Assembly: GCA_037444915.1 (NCBI GenBank)
Contig: JBBILM010000008.1
Span: forward strand, 1-45,284
Source of the DNA: Nitrospirota bacterium
GTDB lineage: Bacteria > Nitrospirota > Thermodesulfovibrionia > Thermodesulfovibrionales > Dissulfurispiraceae
DNA length: 45,284 bases
Reading direction: 5' to 3'
The notes beneath the pieces were generated by a model that saw nothing but the letters and a program-made list of their open reading frames with translations, was not told where the DNA came from and did not search any database. Each line of letters starts with the position of its first letter. Position 1 is the stretch's first letter. A program made the translations under genes and the position numbers. Positions 34,757 to 45,284 of this stretch are shown piece after piece.

Positions 34757-35752
34757 TCACACAATAAAATAGTTCAGAATCATAACTACGGAACCTGTAA
34801 GCAGCAGCTTTGCCCATTCTCTGCCCTGCTGCTTGACTAATCCATTCTCGAGTCTTCGCACCCTGCTTTCGATATGCATATTATAACTATAACTTTCTAT
34901 AGATTCCTTTACCTCTGAAAAGCTTTTAACACTAAAAGGGATGCTGCTGCCTTCCATTTTATGGTATATTTTTTTTAACGCGTCAGCCAGCACCTGCGGT
35001 TTCTGAGTCATGTCAACAGCTTCGTCATCGCATATTTTCTCCTCATCCTGCACAGCCCTCCTGAATTCAAGCAAAATAACAGGATTAAAAAATACGATCA
35101 TCCTCAAAAGAAACGCTATAATAAGCAAAGGCATCCTGTTTCTGACGACGTGGGCGATCTCATGGGCAAAAGCAGCCCTGAGTTCATCAGCATTTAAAAA
35201 CTCCATCAGAGATGTAGATAAAAAAATAGCTGGTTTACTGCCTGTGGTAGAAAACAATAAAAACGAATCATCGTTGATTAAATGAATCTCGGGCCTGTCA
35301 TCAGGCAGTCCATTGACAGCTTCCTTTATAACAGGGGGTTCCTGCACTTCGTGTTTTACAAAAGACTTTTTCTTTGATTCAAACGCATGTTTTATTATCG
35401 GGACCAGTTCCTGAAACAAAAAAATGGTTGTTGTGATGATTAACATGGCGATAAATAAATAACTTAACGGAATGGCCCCCCATAATTCCACGTTAAGCCA
35501 TCGGCTGCTGTCAAAAAGCGCCTCAACCCTGAAAGATATAGAGCCTCTTTCAGGTGTCAGCATCTGATATACCGGAAATGAAAGTATTGGCAGCATAATA
35601 ACGATTAAGCGAAATCTTTGTTTGATTAAGGGGCTTCTGATTCTCCATGCCTGAATAGCCCTGTCAACTATTATTGCGGCTATTAAGGCATGAAAAAACG
35701 ACTGGACTATAAACATGCCTCCATAGGAATTTAAAAAGCTTGAAAGATTCAT
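34757..35752 (-). CDS. BlaR1/M56-like (M48-related) integral-membrane zinc metallopeptidase
   Basis: A HEIAH zinc motif between TM helices, BlaR1-type N-terminal topology, and a C-terminal TM helix. Confidence 0.7.
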   Translation of the reverse strand: MNLSSFLNSYGGMFIVQSFFHALIAAIIVDRAIQAWRIRSPLIKQRFRLIVIMLPILSFPVYQMLTPERGSISFRVEALFDSSRWLNVELWGAIPLSYLFIAMLIITTTIFLFQELVPIIKHAFESKKKSFVKHEVQEPPVIKEAVNGLPDDRPEIHLINDDSFLLFSTTGSKPAIFLSTSLMEFLNADELRAAFAHEIAHVVRNRMPLLIIAFLLRMIVFFNPVILLEFRRAVQDEEKICDDEAVDMTQKPQVLADALKKIYHKMEGSSIPFSVKSFSEVKESIESYSYNMHIESRVRRLENGLVKQQGREWAKLLLTGSVVMILNYFIV

Positions 35753-35845
35753 AAGAGATTATCATTATTATAAAAGAAAGCATTTGAAAACATCACTTGC
35801 AGTAAAACAGCCTGTTGTCCGCTGAATAGCGGGAACCTTAAACTG

Positions 35846-38020
35846 CTAATACCACATAAGAGTTTCATAATGAGGGGAAGGAACTGTAACCGTTATATAT
35901 CCGCGCCACGGGCATCTTTCTATTTCATCGCCGTTTCTTTTTATATCAACCGAAAAATGGATTTCATCATCCTCACGGGCCTTGATGTCAGCAAAAGGAA
36001 TCTCTATCTCGAATATCTCTTTTGCAAATGCATTAGGAGTCAGCTTTGCCGGAACCCACTCCTCGGATATTTTCTCATAGCAGGCAACTTTCTGAGAGTC
36101 TTTGCGCATATCAAATATTATCTTAAAAATAAACGGATGGACTATATTTAAATGTATAATCACATCATCCTTTAATTCGGCAAACGGTATCGCCGGATCA
36201 ATCCTTATATAGAGATTATCCTTGTTAAACCCATAACAAATAGATATGACAAAGCTTTCTGATTTATGCATGCTTCCACCGGACCTTTTCACGTCAACAA
36301 GAGAACTCTGATACCACTCAAAATAACTCGTAACAACGCCGTCGATTTTCGGATTGATAAACCCCCGTGGAGGAGAAGTGCAAATGCCCCTGCTATCAAG
36401 CAGCACCGGCACATGCAGATAAGGAGGCACATCCTTTCCTATTGCCTTATAAACCTTGATAAGATAGTTTCTGAACAATTCGTCAAAGTCCTCCTGAGTC
36501 TCTGTCACATGCTCGTCTCCATACCACCAGTTCCAGTCGCTGCCTTCAGCCGCGTAGATTGAAGTCCATGCTTCGGATATGTCTTTTTCAGGATTCGCTT
36601 TGGCAAATACGGCAAGGTCGTCCCTTGTCTGGTTGAGATAATCCCATGCGAGATTGTCCTCTTCATGACCTATCCAGATGCCGAAATTAGCGTTTATCCA
36701 GGAGCCAGCGTGAAGCCTTTGCAATGGCTCTCCACCTCCGTTTTCCTTGATAAACTCCGATATAGTAACAGCCCTGAACCTGCTGTCATTGCTGAGAGCT
36801 TCATAAAGACCGCGCAAAAAATCATGCCCGTCATTCTTATAATATTCCCAGCAGTTTTCGCCGTCCAGAATTATCGGTACCAGATATCTCCCGTCTTTAG
36901 GCAGCGTATTTCTTATCTGTACAAGCTTTCCAATAAAATCTTCCACAGCCTTTTCAGGTTTCCAGCCAGAATAGACAAAACCGATCAGATCCGATAGTTT
37001 ATGATCCCTGAAAACAATGTTGACATTATTAAACTGATAAGGCTTATAAAGACTTTTTGCATCTCTAAGATAACCCTCAGGACTTCTAATGGGCATGTGC
37101 AATGACCTTGCCAAAACCTCCTCATCAGTGGCTATCCAGTTAATGCCTTCTGCGCTAATAAGCCTGAGCACATCCTCGCTTACTGACCCTTCAGAGGGCC
37201 ACATTCCCGCTGGCCTGTATCCAAAGATATTTTCGAAATATTCAATCGCCATTTTAATCTGTTTCAGGGCGTCTTCAGGATAAGCAAATCTCTTTTTCGG
37301 AAGCTTCACGTCCGGCATTGCAATCCTTGCGACATTGGTGTCGTACAAGAGAGGCAGTATGGGATGATAAAAAGGGCTTACCGATAATTCGATGCGCCCT
37401 TTTTGTTTCATATCATTGTATTCAGGGATAATGTCCTTAAGAATTCCGAGCTGTTTTTTTATGAGCAAATGTTTTTCTTCTTCTGTAAACTCCCTCTGCT
37501 TATCAACAAGTCCTTTTAAGAAAGGATCTCTGCTCCTGAACATCGGGTCTATCCAGCTAAGGTTGAACAAGACCTGAAGGTCTCTTATGTCGGTATCATT
37601 AAAATATTTGGCTAATCTGTTTATGTCTGACTTTAGGAATCTGAACCCCCGCTTGACGAGAAGTTCGTAGTATCTCGGAAATGGCTTTATCATGTTATCC
37701 CAGTTTGCGAGAAAAAAGTTTTCTATTATGAATTGTTTTTCGGGCCACGTGAGGCCTGAAGGGTCTTTCATCGTCAATTCAAGATATCTATCGGTTGCGT
37801 TATTGTCTGTGTAGTCCCTTAATTGTTCAATCAACGACGGGACTATATTGAATGTCTGGTGAACCGCTGGAAAGTCTTCGAGAATCTTGAGCATATCAAG
37901 ATAGTCCTTTGAACCATGCAGCCTTACCCACGGCAGTCGGTAAACGCCTGTAAGGGGGTCCTTATAATAAGGTTGATGCATGTGCCAAAGAAATGCGATA
38001 TGGAGGGGGCTATCTTTCAT
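35846..38020 (-). CDS. Glycoside hydrolase family 57 alpha-glucan enzyme (amylase/branching type) with a C-terminal extension
   Basis: N-terminus FLWHMHQPYY, plus the GH57 blocks GRIELSVSPFYHPILPLL and WPSEGSVS. Confidence 0.88.
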   Translation of the reverse strand: MKDSPLHIAFLWHMHQPYYKDPLTGVYRLPWVRLHGSKDYLDMLKILEDFPAVHQTFNIVPSLIEQLRDYTDNNATDRYLELTMKDPSGLTWPEKQFIIENFFLANWDNMIKPFPRYYELLVKRGFRFLKSDINRLAKYFNDTDIRDLQVLFNLSWIDPMFRSRDPFLKGLVDKQREFTEEEKHLLIKKQLGILKDIIPEYNDMKQKGRIELSVSPFYHPILPLLYDTNVARIAMPDVKLPKKRFAYPEDALKQIKMAIEYFENIFGYRPAGMWPSEGSVSEDVLRLISAEGINWIATDEEVLARSLHMPIRSPEGYLRDAKSLYKPYQFNNVNIVFRDHKLSDLIGFVYSGWKPEKAVEDFIGKLVQIRNTLPKDGRYLVPIILDGENCWEYYKNDGHDFLRGLYEALSNDSRFRAVTISEFIKENGGGEPLQRLHAGSWINANFGIWIGHEEDNLAWDYLNQTRDDLAVFAKANPEKDISEAWTSIYAAEGSDWNWWYGDEHVTETQEDFDELFRNYLIKVYKAIGKDVPPYLHVPVLLDSRGICTSPPRGFINPKIDGVVTSYFEWYQSSLVDVKRSGGSMHKSESFVISICYGFNKDNLYIRIDPAIPFAELKDDVIIHLNIVHPFIFKIIFDMRKDSQKVACYEKISEEWVPAKLTPNAFAKEIFEIEIPFADIKAREDDEIHFSVDIKRNGDEIERCPWRGYITVTVPSPHYETLMWY

Positions 38021-38348
38021 TGCTCTGGAATTTGAAGATGTATTCGTCAGGCTTTGCTAATCCAAACTCTTCTCTTGCATGCTTTTCTATATAAAAAGGG
38101 TCTTCCTTTAAACTGTTTATCTGAGCCCTTAGCTTTTTATTCTCTATCTCCTTGTTTTTTATCTCGCTAATCAGGCTGTCTTTGATCTTGTTTAGCCTGT
38201 AATATTTTAATATCCCGTTATTGCCTAAAAGAACGCCTCCAAAATAGAGCAATACGCACAGGAATATGGACAAATATATAACCTTGGTTCTCTGCCTTTC
38301 AAATGCAACCAACTGCCCTAAATCCCTGGGTCTTATTTTACTTTTCAT
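38010..38348 (-). CDS. ftsB: Septum formation initiator FtsB/DivIC family
   Basis: Single TM helix plus a coiled coil, then a ...DPFYIEKHAREEFGL tail. It has the classic position downstream of eno. Confidence 0.75.
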   Translation of the reverse strand: MKSKIRPRDLGQLVAFERQRTKVIYLSIFLCVLLYFGGVLLGNNGILKYYRLNKIKDSLISEIKNKEIENKKLRAQINSLKEDPFYIEKHAREEFGLAKPDEYIFKFQSNER

Positions 38349-38380
38349 ATCCTTTTTTTCGACCTTTCAGGACAACTTCA

Positions 38381-39670
<1,290 letters not shown>

Positions 39671-39709
39671 TTAATCAAGAATTGTCAATCGTGGTTTTCT
39701 CATTAAATT

Positions 39710-41095
39710 TCACTTTTTAGGCGCATGTATTGCCTCACCATGCACATCCTCTGCAGCTTCCATTAATCCTTCAGCGAGAGTCGGGTGTGCGTGAATCGTA
39801 TCCGCAAGCTCCCTCGCTGTCAATCCCGACTGTATTGCCAGAGCGCCTTCATGAACAAGATCCGAGGCATGAGGACCGATAATGTGCATGCCCAATACTT
39901 TATCTGTTTCAGCATCGGCTATTATTTTAATCATACCGGCTATTTCTCCCATGGCATGCGCCTTGCCAAGCGCCCTGAACTGGAAGCGTCCAACATTTAT
40001 CTTAATTCCTTTATCCGAGGCCTGATGCTCTCTTAACCCCACCGAACCGATTTCAGGAGATGTGAATATGGCAGCAGGCACCACTGAATAATCCATTTTC
40101 TTTTCCTTGCCGCACGCATTGGAAGCAGCAACCAGACCCTCTTTTGATGCAACATGTGCGAGAAGTACACCGCCGGTTGCGTCTCCGATAGCATACACTC
40201 CCTCTATGTTTGTTTCCATTTTTTCATTTGTAATTATTTCTCCCCTCGTTCCTTTTTGTATCCCGACTGTTTCAAGTCCGATATTTTCAGTATTAAGTGC
40301 CCTGCCAATGGAAACAAGGAGCTTTTCTGCCACGAGTTCCTTGCCGTCAGAAAGAAAGACGCGGACGCCGTCATTTCTTGCTTCAGCCCTTTCAACCTTA
40401 ACGCCTGTCATAAGTTTTATCTTCTTCTTTTTCAGTTCTCTTTCAAGCAATTCAGATATCTCTCTATCCTCTGTGGAAACAGCATGAGGCATCATTTCCA
40501 ATATAGTAACCTCTGAGCCAAGTTCCCTGAATATGCAGGCAAATTCGCATCCGATTACACCAGCTCCTATGATTATCAGGCTTTGCGGGATATTCTTTAC
40601 ATTGAGCGCTCCATCGCTCGACATAATCTGTTCTTCATCAAACGGGAAAATAGGTATCTGCGCAGGCCTGGAACCTGTAGCTATTATGATTTTGTCAGTC
40701 TCTATTATTTCGGTAGTATTATCCTTTTTCCGCACCTCTACTTTATCAGGGGCAATCAATACTCCACGGCCTTCTATGAGATTAACGCCCCAGCTTTTGA
40801 AAAGCGCCCTAATTCCCTTTACCTGTGTGGATACCACCTTATTCTTTCTATCCATAATCTTTGACAGATTAGGCACGATGTCTCCTGAAAAGTCAACGCC
40901 AAAATCAGCAAGATTCTTAGCTTTGTGATAAGCCTCTGCAGAAGCCACAAGGGCCTTTGTAGGAATGCATCCCCAGTTAAGACAAGTGCCCCCTACCTCT
41001 CTATCCTCAATAACTGTTACTTGAGCGCCGAGTTGCGCGGCTTTTAATGCGGCCACGTAACCGCCAGGCCCTGCGCCTATAATGGTTAATTTCAT
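39710..41095 (-). CDS. lpdA: Dihydrolipoyl dehydrogenase
   Basis: GAGPGGY, the redox-active GGTCLNWGCIPTK block, and a C-terminal HAHPTL motif. Confidence 0.93.
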   Translation of the reverse strand: MKLTIIGAGPGGYVAALKAAQLGAQVTVIEDREVGGTCLNWGCIPTKALVASAEAYHKAKNLADFGVDFSGDIVPNLSKIMDRKNKVVSTQVKGIRALFKSWGVNLIEGRGVLIAPDKVEVRKKDNTTEIIETDKIIIATGSRPAQIPIFPFDEEQIMSSDGALNVKNIPQSLIIIGAGVIGCEFACIFRELGSEVTILEMMPHAVSTEDREISELLERELKKKKIKLMTGVKVERAEARNDGVRVFLSDGKELVAEKLLVSIGRALNTENIGLETVGIQKGTRGEIITNEKMETNIEGVYAIGDATGGVLLAHVASKEGLVAASNACGKEKKMDYSVVPAAIFTSPEIGSVGLREHQASDKGIKINVGRFQFRALGKAHAMGEIAGMIKIIADAETDKVLGMHIIGPHASDLVHEGALAIQSGLTARELADTIHAHPTLAEGLMEAAEDVHGEAIHAPKK

Positions 41096-41137
41096 AAAAA
41101 GATCCCCTTTGGAAATTTAGTTGTACGGTATCGCTAT

Positions 41138-41524
41138 TTATTTAGCCTCTTCTTCTATGTATTTTTCGTATTTATCAAAATCCAGCAGGCCGTCAACTTC
41201 TGCTGCGTCATCCACCTCAATAATTGCGATCCAACCTTTTCCATATGGATCTTCATTGATAATTTCAGGCGTATCGCCGAGTTTTTCATTGACCTCAACT
41301 ATAGTTCCGCTGACAGGAGCAATAACTGCGGAGGTAGCCTTGGTGGACTCAATTTCTGACATTTCCGTATTTGCTTCTACCTGCGTATCAGCATCAGGCA
41401 GGTCAACATAAACTATATCTCCCAGTTCACTCTGTGCGTAATCCGTTATTCCTACAGTGGCCTTTTTTCCTGCAAGCCTTACCCATGTATGCTCCTTATG
41501 ATATTTGATATCTTCTGGATTCAT
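41138..41524 (-). CDS. gcvH: Glycine cleavage system H protein (lipoyl carrier)
   Basis: YHKEHTWV, and ESTKATSAVIAPVSG containing the lipoyl lysine. Confidence 0.93.
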   Translation of the reverse strand: MNPEDIKYHKEHTWVRLAGKKATVGITDYAQSELGDIVYVDLPDADTQVEANTEMSEIESTKATSAVIAPVSGTIVEVNEKLGDTPEIINEDPYGKGWIAIIEVDDAAEVDGLLDFDKYEKYIEEEAK

Positions 41525-41641
41525 GTTTCCTCCCTATTTGTGTTTTTTTTAAAATAATAGCATGTTAAAATTTCTAACACAGTTTGCATTCTTTGTCAAG
41601 GACAAAAAACGCAAACACCTGAATATGTTATCATAAATCGC

Positions 41642-42502
41642 GTGGAAATGGTAAAAAACAAAGCTGCCCTCTACCTCGGGATGATAAAAATATCCCACTC
41701 TGTCTTTGCCCTGCCATTTGCGTTCACAGGTGCAATACTTGCGGCCTCTGGCATACCGACCTTTAAACAAATATTGTGGATAGCCGTTGCTATGGTCAGC
41801 GCAAGATCAGGCGCTATGGGACTGAACAGGATAATCGACAGGGAAATAGATGCAAAAAATCCGAGGACAAAGAACAGGGAAATACCATCAGGAAAAATAA
41901 GAGTTAAAGACGCGATTCTGTTCACAATATTATCATTTGCGATTTTGCTGATCGCGGCCTATAATCTGAATCCGCTGTGCGTGAAGCTTTCTCCTTTAGT
42001 GATAGCAGCGCTGTTTCTCTATTCTTACACCAAGCGTTTCACATGGCTGTCACACTTTGTTTTAGGCATTGCTATTTCAGCCGCGCCGCTCGGGGCGTGG
42101 ATTGCTGTAAGAGGAACATTTGATTTAGACATAATACCTTTGAGTATCGCTGTTGTATTTTGGCTCGCCGGCTTTGACATTCTTTACGCCCTTCAGGACA
42201 TGGAATTCGATAAAAAACACGGGCTTTATTCCATACCGCGCAGATTCGGGATAAAGACATCTTTGGCACTGTCCAGGATTTTTCATTTGATAACATGGGT
42301 ATTGCTTGTTGCAACTGGTGTTATATTTGATCTCAATTACCTGTATTTAATAGGAATGATTGTTGTTGCCGGACTGCTCGTTTATGAACACCTTCTGATA
42401 AAATCTGATGACCTGAGCAATCTTAACATGGCTTTTTTTAATATGAACGGATACATCAGCATAGCGGTTTTTTTATTTACATTGATTTCCGTAATTTTAT
42501 AA
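41642..42502 (+). CDS. UbiA-family aromatic prenyltransferase (4-hydroxybenzoate polyprenyltransferase-like / MqnP-like)
   Basis: NRIIDREIDAKNPRT and a second Asp-rich motif (DILYALQDMEFD), with about 8 TM helices. The start is GTG at 41642 or ATG at 41648. Confidence 0.85.
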   Translation: MEMVKNKAALYLGMIKISHSVFALPFAFTGAILAASGIPTFKQILWIAVAMVSARSGAMGLNRIIDREIDAKNPRTKNREIPSGKIRVKDAILFTILSFAILLIAAYNLNPLCVKLSPLVIAALFLYSYTKRFTWLSHFVLGIAISAAPLGAWIAVRGTFDLDIIPLSIAVVFWLAGFDILYALQDMEFDKKHGLYSIPRRFGIKTSLALSRIFHLITWVLLVATGVIFDLNYLYLIGMIVVAGLLVYEHLLIKSDDLSNLNMAFFNMNGYISIAVFLFTLISVIL

Positions 42503-42532
42503 CTTATAAAGAAACATTCAAGGAGGTTTTTT

Positions 42533-43303
42533 ATGAAGAATGTAAAGGTCGGCATTATAGGCGGCTCAGGGCTGGACGACCCAAAACTGATGAAGGACAT
42601 CAAAGAGAAAAAGGTAAAAACGCCTTATGGCAGCCCCTCTTCATCTCTCACAATTGGAAAGATTGAGGGAGTGGATACTGTAGTGCTCGCAAGGCACGGA
42701 AAAAAACACTCCATCTATCCTACTGGCGTAAATTTCAGGGCAAATATCTTCGCGCTTAAAAAAGAAGGCTGCTCGCATATATTAGCCACAACCGCAGTCG
42801 GCTCCCTGAGAGAGAAGATAAGACCCGGAGACCTTGTTTTTATTGACCAGTTTATAGATTTTACAAAACACAGGCCATTGACATTTCACGATGAAAAGGT
42901 AATACATACGCCAATGAGCAAACCATTCTGCAATGACCTGCGCAATCTGCTCGTCAAGTCCGCAAAAGAGCTTAAGCTAAGACATCACGCCAAAGGCACC
43001 GTTATAACAATCGAAGGCCCCCGGTTTTCTACAAAGGCCGAATCCTACATGTTCAGGTCATGGGGCGCTGATGTTATAAACATGTCTACTGTGCCGGAGG
43101 TGATACTTGCGAGGGAAACCGGAATTTGCTATCAGAGCATAGCTATGTCTACTGATTATGACTGCTGGAAAGAAGGCGAAGAACCTGTCACATGGGAAAT
43201 GATACTCTCAATAATGAAGCAGAACTCGGACAACGTTAAAAAACTGCTCGTGAAAACAATCTCAAAAATTGCAGCCGCAGAGTGCGTTACATGCAAGAGT
43301 TAA
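42533..43303 (+). CDS. mtnP: S-methyl-5'-thioadenosine phosphorylase
   Basis: VGIIGGSGL, ARHG..H, and NMSTVPEVILARE. Confidence 0.9.
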   Translation: MKNVKVGIIGGSGLDDPKLMKDIKEKKVKTPYGSPSSSLTIGKIEGVDTVVLARHGKKHSIYPTGVNFRANIFALKKEGCSHILATTAVGSLREKIRPGDLVFIDQFIDFTKHRPLTFHDEKVIHTPMSKPFCNDLRNLLVKSAKELKLRHHAKGTVITIEGPRFSTKAESYMFRSWGADVINMSTVPEVILARETGICYQSIAMSTDYDCWKEGEEPVTWEMILSIMKQNSDNVKKLLVKTISKIAAAECVTCKS

Positions 43304-43373
43304 ATAACTTCATGCAAAGTTAGTATAAAATTTCCGCGCTAAACCTTAAATTAATCACAGGGAGGAATTAAAC

Positions 43374-43907
43374 ATGCCAATCAAATCAAAGATCAGAACA
43401 GTGCCTGACTACCCGAAAAAGGGTATTATGTTCAGGGATATAACAACTCTCATCAAAGACCCTGTTGGTTTCAGGCTTGTAATAGACAATTTCACACAGC
43501 GGTATATTACAGGCGACATTGCATTTGATATAATCGTAGGCATTGAATCAAGGGGCTTTATAATCGGAGGCGCCCTGTCTTATACCCTCGGCAAGGGTTT
43601 TGTGCCAGTCAGAAAAAAAGGCAAACTGCCTGCAGAGAAAATAAGCCACGAGTATGAACTCGAGTATGGCACGGATATAATAGAAATGCATAAAGATGCC
43701 ATAAAAAAAGGCGACAGGGTTTTGCTTGTCGATGACCTTCTTGCGACAGGCGGAACTGCGCTCGCCGCAGCAGCCTTAATTGAAAAACTCGGCGGTATTG
43801 TCGCTGAAATGGCTTTTATCGTAGACCTTCCTGATGTCGGAGGAAACAAAAGGCTGAAGGATAAAGGCTATAGCTTTTTTTCGTTGACTGAATTCGAAGG
43901 TGATTAG
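43374..43907 (+). CDS. apt: Adenine phosphoribosyltransferase
   Basis: YPKKGIMFRDIT, and the PRPP loop VLLVDDLLATGGT. Confidence 0.93.
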   Translation: MPIKSKIRTVPDYPKKGIMFRDITTLIKDPVGFRLVIDNFTQRYITGDIAFDIIVGIESRGFIIGGALSYTLGKGFVPVRKKGKLPAEKISHEYELEYGTDIIEMHKDAIKKGDRVLLVDDLLATGGTALAAAALIEKLGGIVAEMAFIVDLPDVGGNKRLKDKGYSFFSLTEFEGD

Positions 43908-45232
43908 TGGAAAAGGTTGATTACATAATCTGCGGCGATTACATCGTCACAATGAACGAGGGGATGGATGTTATCAAAAACGGCGCTGTCGCGATCAAAG
44001 ATAAACTTATAATCGCTGTTGGTGCAGAAGATGGCATTTTGAGAAAATATGACCCTGCCGTGATTATAAAAGACAAATACAGGGCAGTAATGCCGGGCTT
44101 TATCAATACCCATTCTCATGCCGCCATGGTCTATTTCAGAGGACTGGCTGATGATCTTCCCCTTAAAGAGTGGCTCGAAAATCATATCTGGCCGGCTGAA
44201 AACCACTGGCTCAGTTCAGAATTCGTGTATGACGCTACAGAACTCGCATGTCTTGAAATGCTCAAAGCAGGCATTACCACACACAATGACATGTATTTTT
44301 TCGGAAACAGCACTGGGCTTTCCACAAAAAAAATGGGCATGAGGGCGATCGTAGGCGCTGGAATATTGGATTTCCCGACGCCATCCGTAAAAACTGTTGA
44401 GGACTATTTCTCCAAAGCAGAAATATTCATAAATAACTGGAAGGATGATGATCTTATTACGCCCTGCATAGCCCCTCACTCGGCTTATACATGCTGTCCA
44501 GAGACACTGAAAAAATCAAAGCAACTATCAGAGAAATACAACGTGTCCCTGCATATACACCTTTCCGAGACTGAATGGGAAGTTAATGAAATAACCTCGC
44601 GCTACGGAAAGAGGCCTGCAGCTCACCTTGAATCCGTCGGATTCCTCGATGAGAAAGTTATCGCAGCTCATTGCGTCTGGCTCGATGACAGAGATATCGA
44701 AATACTCGCAGACAGAAAAGTCGGCGTGTCCCACTGCATTGAAAGCAATCTTAAACTCGCATCCGGCATTGCCCGTGTTCCAGACATGCTCCGGGCAGGA
44801 GTAAAGGTCGGGTTTGGAACAGACGGCGCTGCGAGCAATAATAACCTGAGCATAATCAGCGAGATGTCCACTTCCGCAAAACTGCACAAGGCGATTTCAA
44901 ATGATCCCACTGTCCTTGATTCAAAAACCGCAATGCTTATGGCAACAAGACTTGGTGCGGAGGTACTGGGACTTGGAAGCAAAATCGGCAGCATAGAAAA
45001 AGGCAAGTTCGCAGATATTATAAGCATTAATCTAAGAAAGCCTCATCTTATTCCGCTTTATGATGTCTATTCCCATATTGTATATTCAGCGTCATCCTGC
45101 GACGTCGAAACAGTATTTGTGAACGGAAAGCTCATTCTTAATAACAGAAAACTTCTGTCTAACAGCGAGGAGGCAATTTTACAAAAGGCTTCTGAATGGG
45201 GAGCAAAAATAGCATCCTACAACTCTAAATAG
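43907..45232 (+). CDS. Amidohydrolase of the MTA/SAH deaminase (MtaD) / aminofutalosine deaminase group
   Basis: INTHSHAAM HxH motif, HLSE, and the GTDGAASNN motif. The GTG start overlaps the apt stop (TAGTG). Confidence 0.8.
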   Translation: MEKVDYIICGDYIVTMNEGMDVIKNGAVAIKDKLIIAVGAEDGILRKYDPAVIIKDKYRAVMPGFINTHSHAAMVYFRGLADDLPLKEWLENHIWPAENHWLSSEFVYDATELACLEMLKAGITTHNDMYFFGNSTGLSTKKMGMRAIVGAGILDFPTPSVKTVEDYFSKAEIFINNWKDDDLITPCIAPHSAYTCCPETLKKSKQLSEKYNVSLHIHLSETEWEVNEITSRYGKRPAAHLESVGFLDEKVIAAHCVWLDDRDIEILADRKVGVSHCIESNLKLASGIARVPDMLRAGVKVGFGTDGAASNNNLSIISEMSTSAKLHKAISNDPTVLDSKTAMLMATRLGAEVLGLGSKIGSIEKGKFADIISINLRKPHLIPLYDVYSHIVYSASSCDVETVFVNGKLILNNRKLLSNSEEAILQKASEWGAKIASYNSK

Positions 45233-45284
45233 TGTCTGTGTATAAACTATAACACTTTGGAATTAAAGCAGAAATGGTAAAATT

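Overview
45.3-kb bacterial chromosomal window, moderately AT-rich. Gene content looks like an anaerobe: class II RNR, short-form ThiC, PflX-type radical SAM and multihaem cytochromes. I support about 45 CDS, mostly on the minus strand and mostly housekeeping. They include pdxJ, nrdJ, yajQ, folP, ftsH, rph, murI, an amidase plus a GerMN protein, feoB-fur, deaD, a GH57 enzyme, ftsB, eno, lpdA, gcvH, a ubiA-like gene, mtnP, apt and an mtaD-like gene. A thiS-thiG-lgt-thiE-thiC operon sits behind a clear TPP riboswitch. I saw no rRNA, tRNA, CRISPR array or transposase. The patches worth a second look are: (1) 25.0-33.9 kb holds a Cache/NarL-type two-component system next to two tandem, non-identical modules. 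Each module pairs a 13-haem c-type cytochrome with a dihaem cytochrome b, and there is also a small membrane protein whose hydrophobic motif recurs fused to one of the cytochromes. This is my best candidate for an uncharacterised system, probably a quinone-pool to periplasm electron gate. (2) A periplasmic rhodanese gene (5095-5487) is interrupted by an in-frame UGA followed by a SECIS-like hairpin, so it is a candidate selenoprotein that ORF callers truncate. (3) An AT-rich Type II R-M cassette lies at the left edge: an MT-A70 methylase, an EcoRI-like PD-(D/E)XK nuclease and a C-protein with a palindromic operator. It is flanked by an unusual 19-bp inverted-repeat pair and a possible gene remnant. 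(4) Several smaller oddities: lgt embedded in the riboswitch-controlled thi operon, ThiS with a tail beyond its GG terminus, a terminator-like hairpin in the deaD leader, and an orphan BlaR1-like peptidase pair. All function calls come from motif recognition by eye. No database search was run.
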